Virus record (IMG/VR): IMGVR_UViG_3300023179_004149
Location: 186,001-250,000 of that record
DNA: 64,000 nt
Direction: 5' to 3' (one strand)
Each line of letters begins with the position of its first letter. The stretch's first letter is position 1. Below the pieces are notes generated by a model. The model was given only the letters and a program-made list of their open reading frames with translations. It ran no database searches and was not told the DNA's origin. Below, one piece after another: positions 1-8,474 of the stretch. A program made the translations under genes and the position numbers.

Positions 1-1
1 A

Positions 2-1069
2 ACTGACGGAGACGGTGAGGAAATGGGTTCAGAAGAAATGACTGCTGGTGATGATGAAGACGATGAAATGGGTGCTGATGATACTTTTAGTGCTGATGAT
101 TCGGATTCTGAAACGGATATAACAGAACCAGAAGTAATTGACTTAACAGACAAAACAGACGATGAGGTTATTAAACATTTTAACCTTATGACTCCAGCCG
201 ACGAAATCGAAGTTATTCAAACGCCAGAAGGTGGTGTTCAAATTAACATAAAACCTTCGAGCGAAGACGAAGAACCAGGGACGGAAGAACCTATGAGCGA
301 TGAGCCAAGTGATGAACCTATGGGTGAAAAACCAGGTGAAGAACCTGATGAGGAATCAACAGAAGAACTAGGCGATGAAGAAGGTGAAGACGATAACGAA
401 AAGATCGCAGAAGAAGCTGGTGAACCAGTTTACGAAATCGAAATCGATGAGGCTGAGGAAGAAGATGAATCAACAACAACAAACATGCATGATGAAAAAC
501 ACATGAAGAATGTGGACCAAGAAGAAACCGTTGATGAAATTAAACATATCCATAACAAAGCCTTAAAACATGTTCAAAATGTTAAAGAAAAAGAGTTACA
601 GGAAAGCTTGGTGACAACTCGCAAAAAGATCCAAGGTTTAATGGCTGAAAACAAACAAAAAGCTAAAGAGTTACAAGATATGACATCTTTAGTTAAAGAA
701 TTTAAGACTAAAGAAGTTGAATACAAATCAGCTATCAAAAATCTTAAAGGTAATTTACAAGAGGTTGCATTATTCACATCGAACCTTTCTTACATCGTAA
801 AATTATTAAGCGAGAACACAACTACTAAGGATGAAAAATTAGACATAATCAAGAGATTTGATAAAGCTAATAATTTATCTGAGTCAAGAGAAATCTACAA
901 CAGTCTTAATTCATTACTTAACGAAAGTAAGAAATCGGCGGATAAAGTAATCGAAGAACACGTTTTTAAAACACAAAAAACAAGTGGCGCTTCTAAAATT
1001 AATGAATCAACCGCTTATAAGAATCCACAACTCGAAAGAATGTTGGATATGATCAATAAAATGAAATAA
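2..1069 (+). CDS. Prohead core scaffold protein (T4 gp22-like), 5' end outside window
   Basis: Frame is open from position 2. Very acidic N-part, coiled-coil C-part, many (L/I)xE motifs, and it lies directly upstream of the major capsid gene as in the T4 gp22-gp23 order. Confidence 0.75.
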   Translation, partial: TDGDGEEMGSEEMTAGDDEDDEMGADDTFSADDSDSETDITEPEVIDLTDKTDDEVIKHFNLMTPADEIEVIQTPEGGVQINIKPSSEDEEPGTEEPMSDEPSDEPMGEKPGEEPDEESTEELGDEEGEDDNEKIAEEAGEPVYEIEIDEAEEEDESTTTNMHDEKHMKNVDQEETVDEIKHIHNKALKHVQNVKEKELQESLVTTRKKIQGLMAENKQKAKELQDMTSLVKEFKTKEVEYKSAIKNLKGNLQEVALFTSNLSYIVKLLSENTTTKDEKLDIIKRFDKANNLSESREIYNSLNSLLNESKKSADKVIEEHVFKTQKTSGASKINESTAYKNPQLERMLDMINKMK

Positions 1070-1100
1070 TAAATCAAAAACAAATCAAAAACACACTAAC

Positions 1101-2756
1101 ATGGGTGCATTATTAGAATCAGGAAAAGTTGGTAACGTGTCGTTAAACCACTTAAAAAGAGTTCGTCAGGACGTTATCAATAGATGGGACAGCTTAGGCC
1201 TCTTAGAAGGTTTAACTGGTCATAGAAAAGAAAACATCGCTCAACTTTATGAAAACCAAGCTTCTTGGATGTTGAACGAATCAACAACATTGGGTACAGA
1301 AGGTTCATTTGAAACTGTTGTATTTCCAATCGTGAGGAGAGTATTCTCAAAATTATTAGCAAACGAAATCGTTTCAGTACAAGCATTAAACTTACCTATT
1401 GGTAAATTGTTCTACTTCGTACCAAAAATTGGTGAATCACGTTTCGATTCAACAAACGCACCGAAATCATTAGCTAACGCTAATATTAACTATGGTGCTG
1501 GTACAGGTTCAACTGGTGGTAACAACATGATGAGTATGGTATCTGGTAACGACTTCTCAGATAACAACAACCTTTATGATGGTTTCTATGGTGATGACGC
1601 TTTCTTTGATAAATCAAAAGGTAAATATACTACTTTAACAGCCTCAACTTACGGTTCGGGTTATACATTTAACTCAACATCAACATCTGGTTTTGCGGTT
1701 GCTAACCAAACTGGTATCACATCTGGTAATACAGGTATTGTAAAATTAACTTTCACAATGGGTAACGGTTTTGATTGGGAAAACATTGAAGACTTTATGT
1801 CATCTATGGTAATCACATCATCTAACCCTTCAGTTTCAGCGGTTGATTTCTATTTCCCAAGTCAGAAATACGGTAATCAGTTAATGGACTCAAACGGTGT
1901 GGTTTATGTTGCAATCCCTAACACAGGTTCAACAACAATAGCAATAACTGGTTTAACAGCTACAGCTAAGCAGTACGCTTCTCTTGAATTAGCTGATGAT
2001 ATGGGCGAAGTTTCTTTCGAACTTAAGTCTGTAACTGTATCAGTTATTGAAAGAAAATTAAGAGCGCAGTGGTCACCAGAACTTGCTCAGGACGTTAGTG
2101 CGTTCCATAACATTGACGCTGAGGCTGAATTAACAGCTTTATTGTCAGAGCAGGTAGCTGCTGAAATCGACAGGGAAATCCTTAAAGACCTTAGAAGAGG
2201 TGCTGCATGGAGATTATACTGGGATTATAAAGGTGCAACAGGTCGTGGTATCGATATTAACGCAGCTGGTGCTTTCTATACTCAGAAAGAATGGAACCAA
2301 ACATTGGTTACAGCAATCAACCAGGTTTCTGCACAGATCCACAAAGCAACATTAAGAGGTGGTGCAAACTTCATCGTATGTTCTGCTGAGGTATCAGCTA
2401 TCTTTGATGACTTGGAATATTTCCACGTATCAAACGCCGCTCCAGATCAGGACAAGTATAACATGGGTATTGAGAGAGTGGGTGCTTTAGCTGGTCGTTA
2501 CCAGGTTTACCGTGACCCTTACTTCCCTGCTGACACGATCCTTATCGGTCACAAAGGTACTTCATTGTTAGATACTGGTTACATCTACGCTCCATATGTA
2601 CCATTGCAATTAACACCAACAATGTATAATCCGTTCACTTTCGCCCCTGTGAAAGGTATCATGACTCGTTACGCTAAGAAGATGGTTAACAACCGTTTCT
2701 ATGGTGTGGTTAAGGTACAGAACGTTGTAACATTCGGTATCGATTCATTCAGATAA
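1101..2756 (+). CDS. gp23: Major capsid protein, T4 gp23-like
   Basis: Motifs FPIVRRVF, VSVQALNLPIGKLFY, RKLRAQWSPELAQD, AEIDREI, YAPYVPLQ, GIMTRYA. The N-terminal region ends MLNE|ST at residue 60, a plausible prohead-protease site. Confidence 0.97.
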   Translation: MGALLESGKVGNVSLNHLKRVRQDVINRWDSLGLLEGLTGHRKENIAQLYENQASWMLNESTTLGTEGSFETVVFPIVRRVFSKLLANEIVSVQALNLPIGKLFYFVPKIGESRFDSTNAPKSLANANINYGAGTGSTGGNNMMSMVSGNDFSDNNNLYDGFYGDDAFFDKSKGKYTTLTASTYGSGYTFNSTSTSGFAVANQTGITSGNTGIVKLTFTMGNGFDWENIEDFMSSMVITSSNPSVSAVDFYFPSQKYGNQLMDSNGVVYVAIPNTGSTTIAITGLTATAKQYASLELADDMGEVSFELKSVTVSVIERKLRAQWSPELAQDVSAFHNIDAEAELTALLSEQVAAEIDREILKDLRRGAAWRLYWDYKGATGRGIDINAAGAFYTQKEWNQTLVTAINQVSAQIHKATLRGGANFIVCSAEVSAIFDDLEYFHVSNAAPDQDKYNMGIERVGALAGRYQVYRDPYFPADTILIGHKGTSLLDTGYIYAPYVPLQLTPTMYNPFTFAPVKGIMTRYAKKMVNNRFYGVVKVQNVVTFGIDSFR

Positions 2757-2776
2757 TCGAATTAACCTTATAATAA

Positions 2777-2802
2777 GAATGGGACTCTTTCGAGTCCCAT
2801 TC
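2777..2802. terminator. Intrinsic terminator (bidirectional) after capsid gene
   Basis: gaatgggactc-tttc-gagtcccattc followed by a T-run, between convergent genes. Confidence 0.85.
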
Positions 2803-2806
2803 CTTT

Positions 2807-3634
2807 TTATAACATCATCTGAACCATTCTTCGTTTCACACGATCAATATATTCCTCTGAAACCAATTCTCTAGAGGTTAATTCATATTTGGTGTTACCC
2901 AGTGATTTAACCATTTTTTTAGCCATTTCCAGACAGGCTAATACATTACTAACCACAACTATCTCATGGGGGCTGTGCATCCTCTCATAGCCGACAGAAT
3001 AGTTAATACAGGTAAAGTCATATAGGCGTTTTAACGCTGATACATCTGTATAAGGATGATTACCTAAACACTTTCTAGAATACCCCCTCATATTCGACTG
3101 GAATATTGGTTCTATTTTCTGAAAAAATTCAGAATCCAATTCAAATAATTGAACCCCATCTGAACGATATGAAATCCAATCATGATACGGCGCATCAAAT
3201 TGAATGGCATATCCCACGTTCTTAAAAAAATTACGATCCGATAAATAAGAACCTAAACAACCAACCTCCTCAGCTACAAAAAAAGCGGCTTTCATTATGT
3301 CGGTGTCTTTTAATATTTCCAAACAAACAAATACGCCAGCTTTATCATCACCGCCAATACCTGTACGTCGACCATCTGGTGTCATTGCGAATAATACATC
3401 ACCAGCGTCACATACATCCATTTCCGTTATAGGGTGTACAGTATCAATATGTGAAACCACACACGGGTAAACCTCAGCCAAGCCCTTTGTAACGTATACG
3501 TTTCCGTATTCATCGGAATATGCCGATAAGTTATGTGCTTGACAATAATCTAGGATATATTGTGTCATTTTGCTTTCTTTGCCCGAGAATGACGGAACGG
3601 ACAGTACATTGATTAATCTTTGTTTTAGTTCCAT
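2807..3634 (-). CDS. Zinc exopeptidase, M20/M28/M42-like
   Basis: HIDTVH, GIGGDDKAG, EEVG, D and C-terminal H metal-ligand motifs. Confidence 0.85.
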   Translation of the reverse strand: MELKQRLINVLSVPSFSGKESKMTQYILDYCQAHNLSAYSDEYGNVYVTKGLAEVYPCVVSHIDTVHPITEMDVCDAGDVLFAMTPDGRRTGIGGDDKAGVFVCLEILKDTDIMKAAFFVAEEVGCLGSYLSDRNFFKNVGYAIQFDAPYHDWISYRSDGVQLFELDSEFFQKIEPIFQSNMRGYSRKCLGNHPYTDVSALKRLYDFTCINYSVGYERMHSPHEIVVVSNVLACLEMAKKMVKSLGNTKYELTSRELVSEEYIDRVKRRMVQMML

Positions 3635-4170
3635 ATAAAATAATTATCTGCGTTAAATTTTACAATATTTCTGGCGTATTGGTTAACAACTGGTTTACCA
3701 GTATTATACGCACCCAACGCCAGCTTCCAGGTTCCATATCGTTTCTTGAGTTGAGATAATAACTTAAGACTTAAATGCACATTTAATTCCGAATTGTTTA
3801 ATAATTCGGACTTAGTTATTTTTTTATCCGAAACCAAATTGGCTGTGGTTAATTTAATTTGCATGGGGCCGTAAGCCTTTGATTTTGATGTGAGTTTGGG
3901 ATTATATTCTAGGTGTAGCGGACCTTTATACCCCGATTCTTTATTTGCGATACCGAAAGCTATATTTACAGGAATGGAATATTCATTAGCATATTTAACT
4001 ATATATGTAAACAACTTTACCGATTCGGGTAATTTATTATAAGTGCTGTCAACACTAACAGAATCAACAACGGCTTCCTTTTTGGTTTCATCGGCGAAAC
4101 CACTTGTCAAAATTGACGACGATAATATCAATACGATAAATAATGATGTAATAAAAAATGTTTTTGTCAT
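3625..4170 (-). CDS. Lytic transglycosylase (SLT domain) with N-terminal signal/anchor
   Basis: IANKESG catalytic Glu, GPMQ, ALGAYNTG motifs. Hydrophobic N-terminus from ATG 4170, downstream of the promoter at 4225-4256. Confidence 0.88.
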   Translation of the reverse strand: MTKTFFITSLFIVLILSSSILTSGFADETKKEAVVDSVSVDSTYNKLPESVKLFTYIVKYANEYSIPVNIAFGIANKESGYKGPLHLEYNPKLTSKSKAYGPMQIKLTTANLVSDKKITKSELLNNSELNVHLSLKLLSQLKKRYGTWKLALGAYNTGKPVVNQYARNIVKFNADNYFIWN

Positions 4171-4224
4171 AAAAAAAATTAGTTTTAAGTTAAAAAAAAT
4201 TGCGTCAGAGTTTTCACCCTGGCG

Positions 4225-4256
4225 CAAATTTAGTAAAAAGTTTAGAATAAACCAAA
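4225..4256 (-). promoter_or_regulatory. Bacteroidota-type promoter for SLT gene
   Basis: Minus strand reads TTTG-N20-TAAATTTG. Confidence 0.7.
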
Positions 4257-4260
4257 TATT

Positions 4261-6414
4261 TTAAAGCAAAATATCGTTTATTGCGTTTATTATTTCATCT
4301 GGTTGGATAGTTCTGGTGCACTCGAACTGGCGATGAGTACCTTTATGTTCTGGGCACCAATCCCAATCACCAGTATTTAATTTTTGTTTATTAAAACACC
4401 CATTACAAGTGTATGGTTTATTGGTAAATATCCTGATACAATCGCTAAATTCAGTGTACGGATTGCTGAAACCAGATATTAACATTGTTTTCGTACCCAA
4501 GGCCCAAGATAACCAACTCAAACCACTCCCAAGACCAATAAAGAGATCTGCGTCCCTAATATCAACCATTCGGTCCTGTATTGATATATCGCCAGTTTTG
4601 TCGATTACTCCAGTTAATGTACCTCCGAGTTTAGCATCTTCCGAATCAACACCCAGTTTTTCCATTGTAAGCATAACCACTTTATAACCTATTGTATTAA
4701 GCCAATTAATGACGGTTTGCCACCCACCTGGGTTATTCCAATACTTTGCATGTGCTGATGCGTGCGGTGCTATCACAACATACTTACCCTCTATCTCCGT
4801 TTTCTTTTTTGGTACTGTTATTTTTGGCCTAATCTCAAGTGCTGGTAGTCCAAGTATTGATGTTGCCGTTTGCTGCAAATGATGCGCTCTAAAATCAGCT
4901 CTATTCAAATCATAATTGATTTTATCGCCATTATAAAACCACCCAATACGATACATAGCGTATAGGTCGTGTACAACTTGGCCAGGTTTAACAAATTCAA
5001 TATCAGGATATTCCGCTTCGAACCAGTCATTATGAAATGTTGAAACTATTATTTTACAATTATGATTTTTTCTAAATTCATCAACAGATGGGAACCAAGC
5101 AAGCGTATCACCCATGGCTTTGGATTCAAAAGCGATGTAAACCCTTTTATCCGATGCGTCATATTTGTGACTATGGATAAGTTGGTTATTTTCGTAAATA
5201 TTAATTAACCAATTAACAAAATACTTCTTATTTGGTCTACACCAATGGTTGGTACTTATTTCTGTTTTATATTCAATAGAATTAGTTTCCTGATTTATAA
5301 ATTCAACAACGTAGTTAGCTGGTTTAGATCCGATTATTTCAACATTAGCACCGCCTACGAAATCAATTTTTATTTCATTCTCATGTGTTTTAATTATGTT
5401 GGTTGAATCTATCTGCGTTTCTTCATAAATTTTGACTAACGATTCTCTCATATTTTTTGGTTTCAATATCTCATTATATATACCAACGAGTTTATTTGTT
5501 ATGTTTTTAAAACTAAAATCAGTCGCTGTGTTAAAAGCGGCTAGATGATAGTAATCATAATTAACATCCACATATTCTATCGCTTTAACAATCTGGTCTA
5601 CATCACGTTCAATTCGATATATACCTGGTAAATTAGTCTCATTTTCGATTGTGGCTAATACTGGCATACCGCAAGCCATAGCCTCAAGTAATGTTAGGTT
5701 AGGATGACCCGCTTCAAGTATTGAAGGGTTCACGAACATTTTATGTGTACTATAAAGATCAACCAATTCTTCTTCATCTGGTTCGGTTACAATAATTAAA
5801 TTGGGATACTCTAAAGCCCATTGATTCTCAGCAAAAAATTCTGAATTATTTTTCGGACCAGCTATTGTTATGGATAAATCCAACCGCATAGCTGCTTTAA
5901 TTGCGTAACCAAATCCCTTTCGATCATAACTACTATCACCAGCCATTCCGTTATTGGCAACACATAATAAATCACGTATTCTAGCACCATAGTTTGACTT
6001 GTTACTTTTTTTGAATATATCAGTATTCACGCCGTGAGATAGGTATTGTACTTTTGGTGAATTAAAATATTTAATCAAGAATCGACCAGGTACCAATGTC
6101 ATCATTGAATTATCTATGGCACGTTTGTTGGTTTTATAACATTCGGAATCTTTACCATAATAATAGGCATGATGATCGTGTAAATGAAATATATAATTAA
6201 CACCATTAGCTTTTAATGTATCACATAAATTGCCAACGTGGCAATGTACAATATCATAATCACCTGGTTTTATTTCACTAGCATATTTAATATCTACGGT
6301 GTGGCCTAATTTTCTTAGGTTTTGTGTGTATTCCCATACGATACGCTCAATTGCACCCCATTTAGGTGGGGGTATAGGGATACCACAACCTGGATTAACT
6401 TGACATATTCTCAT
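4261..6414 (-). CDS. Two-domain glycosyltransferase: GT4-like plus Aah/TibC-like O-heptosyltransferase
   Basis: N-part has PS..EAG.P.L..LEAMACGMPV. C-part has ESKAMGDTLAW, ADLFIGLGSGLSWLSW and the Cys cluster CNGCF...WCP...FECT. Confidence 0.85.
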   Translation of the reverse strand: MRICQVNPGCGIPIPPPKWGAIERIVWEYTQNLRKLGHTVDIKYASEIKPGDYDIVHCHVGNLCDTLKANGVNYIFHLHDHHAYYYGKDSECYKTNKRAIDNSMMTLVPGRFLIKYFNSPKVQYLSHGVNTDIFKKSNKSNYGARIRDLLCVANNGMAGDSSYDRKGFGYAIKAAMRLDLSITIAGPKNNSEFFAENQWALEYPNLIIVTEPDEEELVDLYSTHKMFVNPSILEAGHPNLTLLEAMACGMPVLATIENETNLPGIYRIERDVDQIVKAIEYVDVNYDYYHLAAFNTATDFSFKNITNKLVGIYNEILKPKNMRESLVKIYEETQIDSTNIIKTHENEIKIDFVGGANVEIIGSKPANYVVEFINQETNSIEYKTEISTNHWCRPNKKYFVNWLINIYENNQLIHSHKYDASDKRVYIAFESKAMGDTLAWFPSVDEFRKNHNCKIIVSTFHNDWFEAEYPDIEFVKPGQVVHDLYAMYRIGWFYNGDKINYDLNRADFRAHHLQQTATSILGLPALEIRPKITVPKKKTEIEGKYVVIAPHASAHAKYWNNPGGWQTVINWLNTIGYKVVMLTMEKLGVDSEDAKLGGTLTGVIDKTGDISIQDRMVDIRDADLFIGLGSGLSWLSWALGTKTMLISGFSNPYTEFSDCIRIFTNKPYTCNGCFNKQKLNTGDWDWCPEHKGTHRQFECTRTIQPDEIINAINDILL

Positions 6415-8380
6415 TTATTAATTTTTTAAAGATTCCGTTATTTTTTATTTTTGTGTTCATGTAGTTTTCGTCTACTACAATTTTTCTTTTCAGTTCATTA
6501 TTTTCAGTTAATAAGATTGTATATGTACCGTTTGAGTATTTGAATATTCTATGATACTGGGTAACACTTTTAATTGTTAAGTGCTGATGTAATAATCTCG
6601 TTCCATCAGAATGCATTACTTCTATTAAAACCTCACGATCATCAATAGAATTGCTCGTACTATACCAAATAACAAACTCATTCTCATCGGTGGGTAATAC
6701 GGTAAAATATTCTACCATTGAACATACATCGATAGTACACTCCTTTAACATATCGTAAAACTCAGAATTGGATAATATCAACACATCATTCAACCTATTT
6801 TTAAGTGTGTGATAGAACATATTTTCCAACCCGTTCGATTCAGAACCAACTTTGGTTTTCCAATTATTATAATCACACTCATGATCTATGACTTTGAAAT
6901 TAGATAAGAAGAAATCTATCTCAGTGGCAAACAACACTGTCCTAAAACACACACCTTCATCACCATGGTTTAAATTAAATACCGCTTTTTTGTCGTGGAG
7001 ATTATTAACCAAGGTTAAATAAACACTTTTATCGGTAATATCCATGTCAAAATTTTGACATATTACGTTTTTATACCCTAGAGCCTTAGCTAGAGCTATC
7101 CCGTTGTAATAGTTAGTATAAACCGCAGGGCCGTGATAAATATGATTACCTTCCCCTTTTAAATTAATCTCAACCGAATAATCATTATGTTGATACCAGG
7201 AACGATTATAAAAATCATGATATGTTAGTAAGTTATTTGAATCGTATACCACATATGTTGCTTCATCCTGGAGTTCTTGTGGTACTTTTGCATGTGATGT
7301 TAATATCACATTAAATCCCTGTTTCTTAGCTGAGATGATTGATTTTAATGTTAAATCAATTGAACTCTTGGTTGTCGGGTAAGCTGAAATAATTACAGCG
7401 GTTTTACCCTTATCCGATCGTAACATACTATCTATAATATGTACGTTTTTGTTAAAATCGTTAAAATCCAAATAATGTATTGCATCATAGTTATTAAAAT
7501 AGTTCTTATATACGGGTAGATTATATATTAACGAAGGGATATTCCAAGATATAGCTTCTCTGATAACCAGAGGCATTGTTTCTTTATCAGTAATTGTTCC
7601 TTTTGATGTGAACAGAAATAAGTCCATTGCCGCATAGTACTCATCCACATTATCTTTTTCACCGTGAATAACTACATTGTTTGGTTTGTTTTTCAATAAG
7701 GGTTCCCAATAGTATTTAAAGTTATCGGCCATATTACCTATTGAATGGAATATAACATCTTGGTTCTCGAATTCTTTCGCATATTCAAAAAACTCAGCTT
7801 GGTTTTTTCTTGGAGTAAATAAACCAACATGCAAAACATGTTTCTTACTTGGATCTAAACCTAATTTCGTTAACGCAGCCAATCTATTAGGTCTTTCTTT
7901 AAATTCTATAGGGTATTCTACAACCTCAGAAGGTATGTTTAAAGGCGCTAACATCTCAACCTGGTATTGAGATACCAAAATAAATTTATCTGGCCTAAAA
8001 CGCTTTCTATTGGGATCAAATGACGAATCGTGACAAGTCTCAAATATTTTATAGGTTCTGTCAGCTTTATAAATTTGTAAAGCTATAGAATCACTCATAA
8101 AATATTCTGGCATCTCCTCAAAATGAATTATATCTGGATTGATTTTGGATATTAATTTAATTAATAATCCTTTATCATGACCGTGCGGTATGGTTATCAG
8201 GTTATCACCCAATAACTTTTGGATCTTTTGTTTTTGGACAATTAATTTACCGCCAGTTATATCTTCGTATTCCACAACAAAAATGTTGTATACGTTTTTC
8301 AAAGACTCAACTTTTTTAAGCAGATATTGAGGGAGACCACCTGTCGATAAATGTGGTGCAATAAATAAAATTATTTTCAT
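6395..8380 (-). CDS. Glycosyltransferase (GT4-like) with C-terminal extension
   Basis: HLSTGGLPQY, GLFTPRKNQ, DLFLFTS...ETMPLVIREA motifs. Confidence 0.85.
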   Translation of the reverse strand: MKIILFIAPHLSTGGLPQYLLKKVESLKNVYNIFVVEYEDITGGKLIVQKQKIQKLLGDNLITIPHGHDKGLLIKLISKINPDIIHFEEMPEYFMSDSIALQIYKADRTYKIFETCHDSSFDPNRKRFRPDKFILVSQYQVEMLAPLNIPSEVVEYPIEFKERPNRLAALTKLGLDPSKKHVLHVGLFTPRKNQAEFFEYAKEFENQDVIFHSIGNMADNFKYYWEPLLKNKPNNVVIHGEKDNVDEYYAAMDLFLFTSKGTITDKETMPLVIREAISWNIPSLIYNLPVYKNYFNNYDAIHYLDFNDFNKNVHIIDSMLRSDKGKTAVIISAYPTTKSSIDLTLKSIISAKKQGFNVILTSHAKVPQELQDEATYVVYDSNNLLTYHDFYNRSWYQHNDYSVEINLKGEGNHIYHGPAVYTNYYNGIALAKALGYKNVICQNFDMDITDKSVYLTLVNNLHDKKAVFNLNHGDEGVCFRTVLFATEIDFFLSNFKVIDHECDYNNWKTKVGSESNGLENMFYHTLKNRLNDVLILSNSEFYDMLKECTIDVCSMVEYFTVLPTDENEFVIWYSTSNSIDDREVLIEVMHSDGTRLLHQHLTIKSVTQYHRIFKYSNGTYTILLTENNELKRKIVVDENYMNTKIKNNGIFKKLINENMSS

Positions 8381-8474
8381 TGTCTAGTTTTACTATTCGT
8401 TTATATAAAGGTGTTGAGTATCTTGTTAATTTATCTTTATTAACAAGATACCCAGCAAAAATAAACGCTTAATT

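Noticed and set aside
2807-4170. Peptidase plus transglycosylase as a lysis cassette
   Set aside because: No holin or spanin is adjacent, they are driven by a host-type promoter, and the peptidase is an exopeptidase type rather than a known wall endopeptidase.
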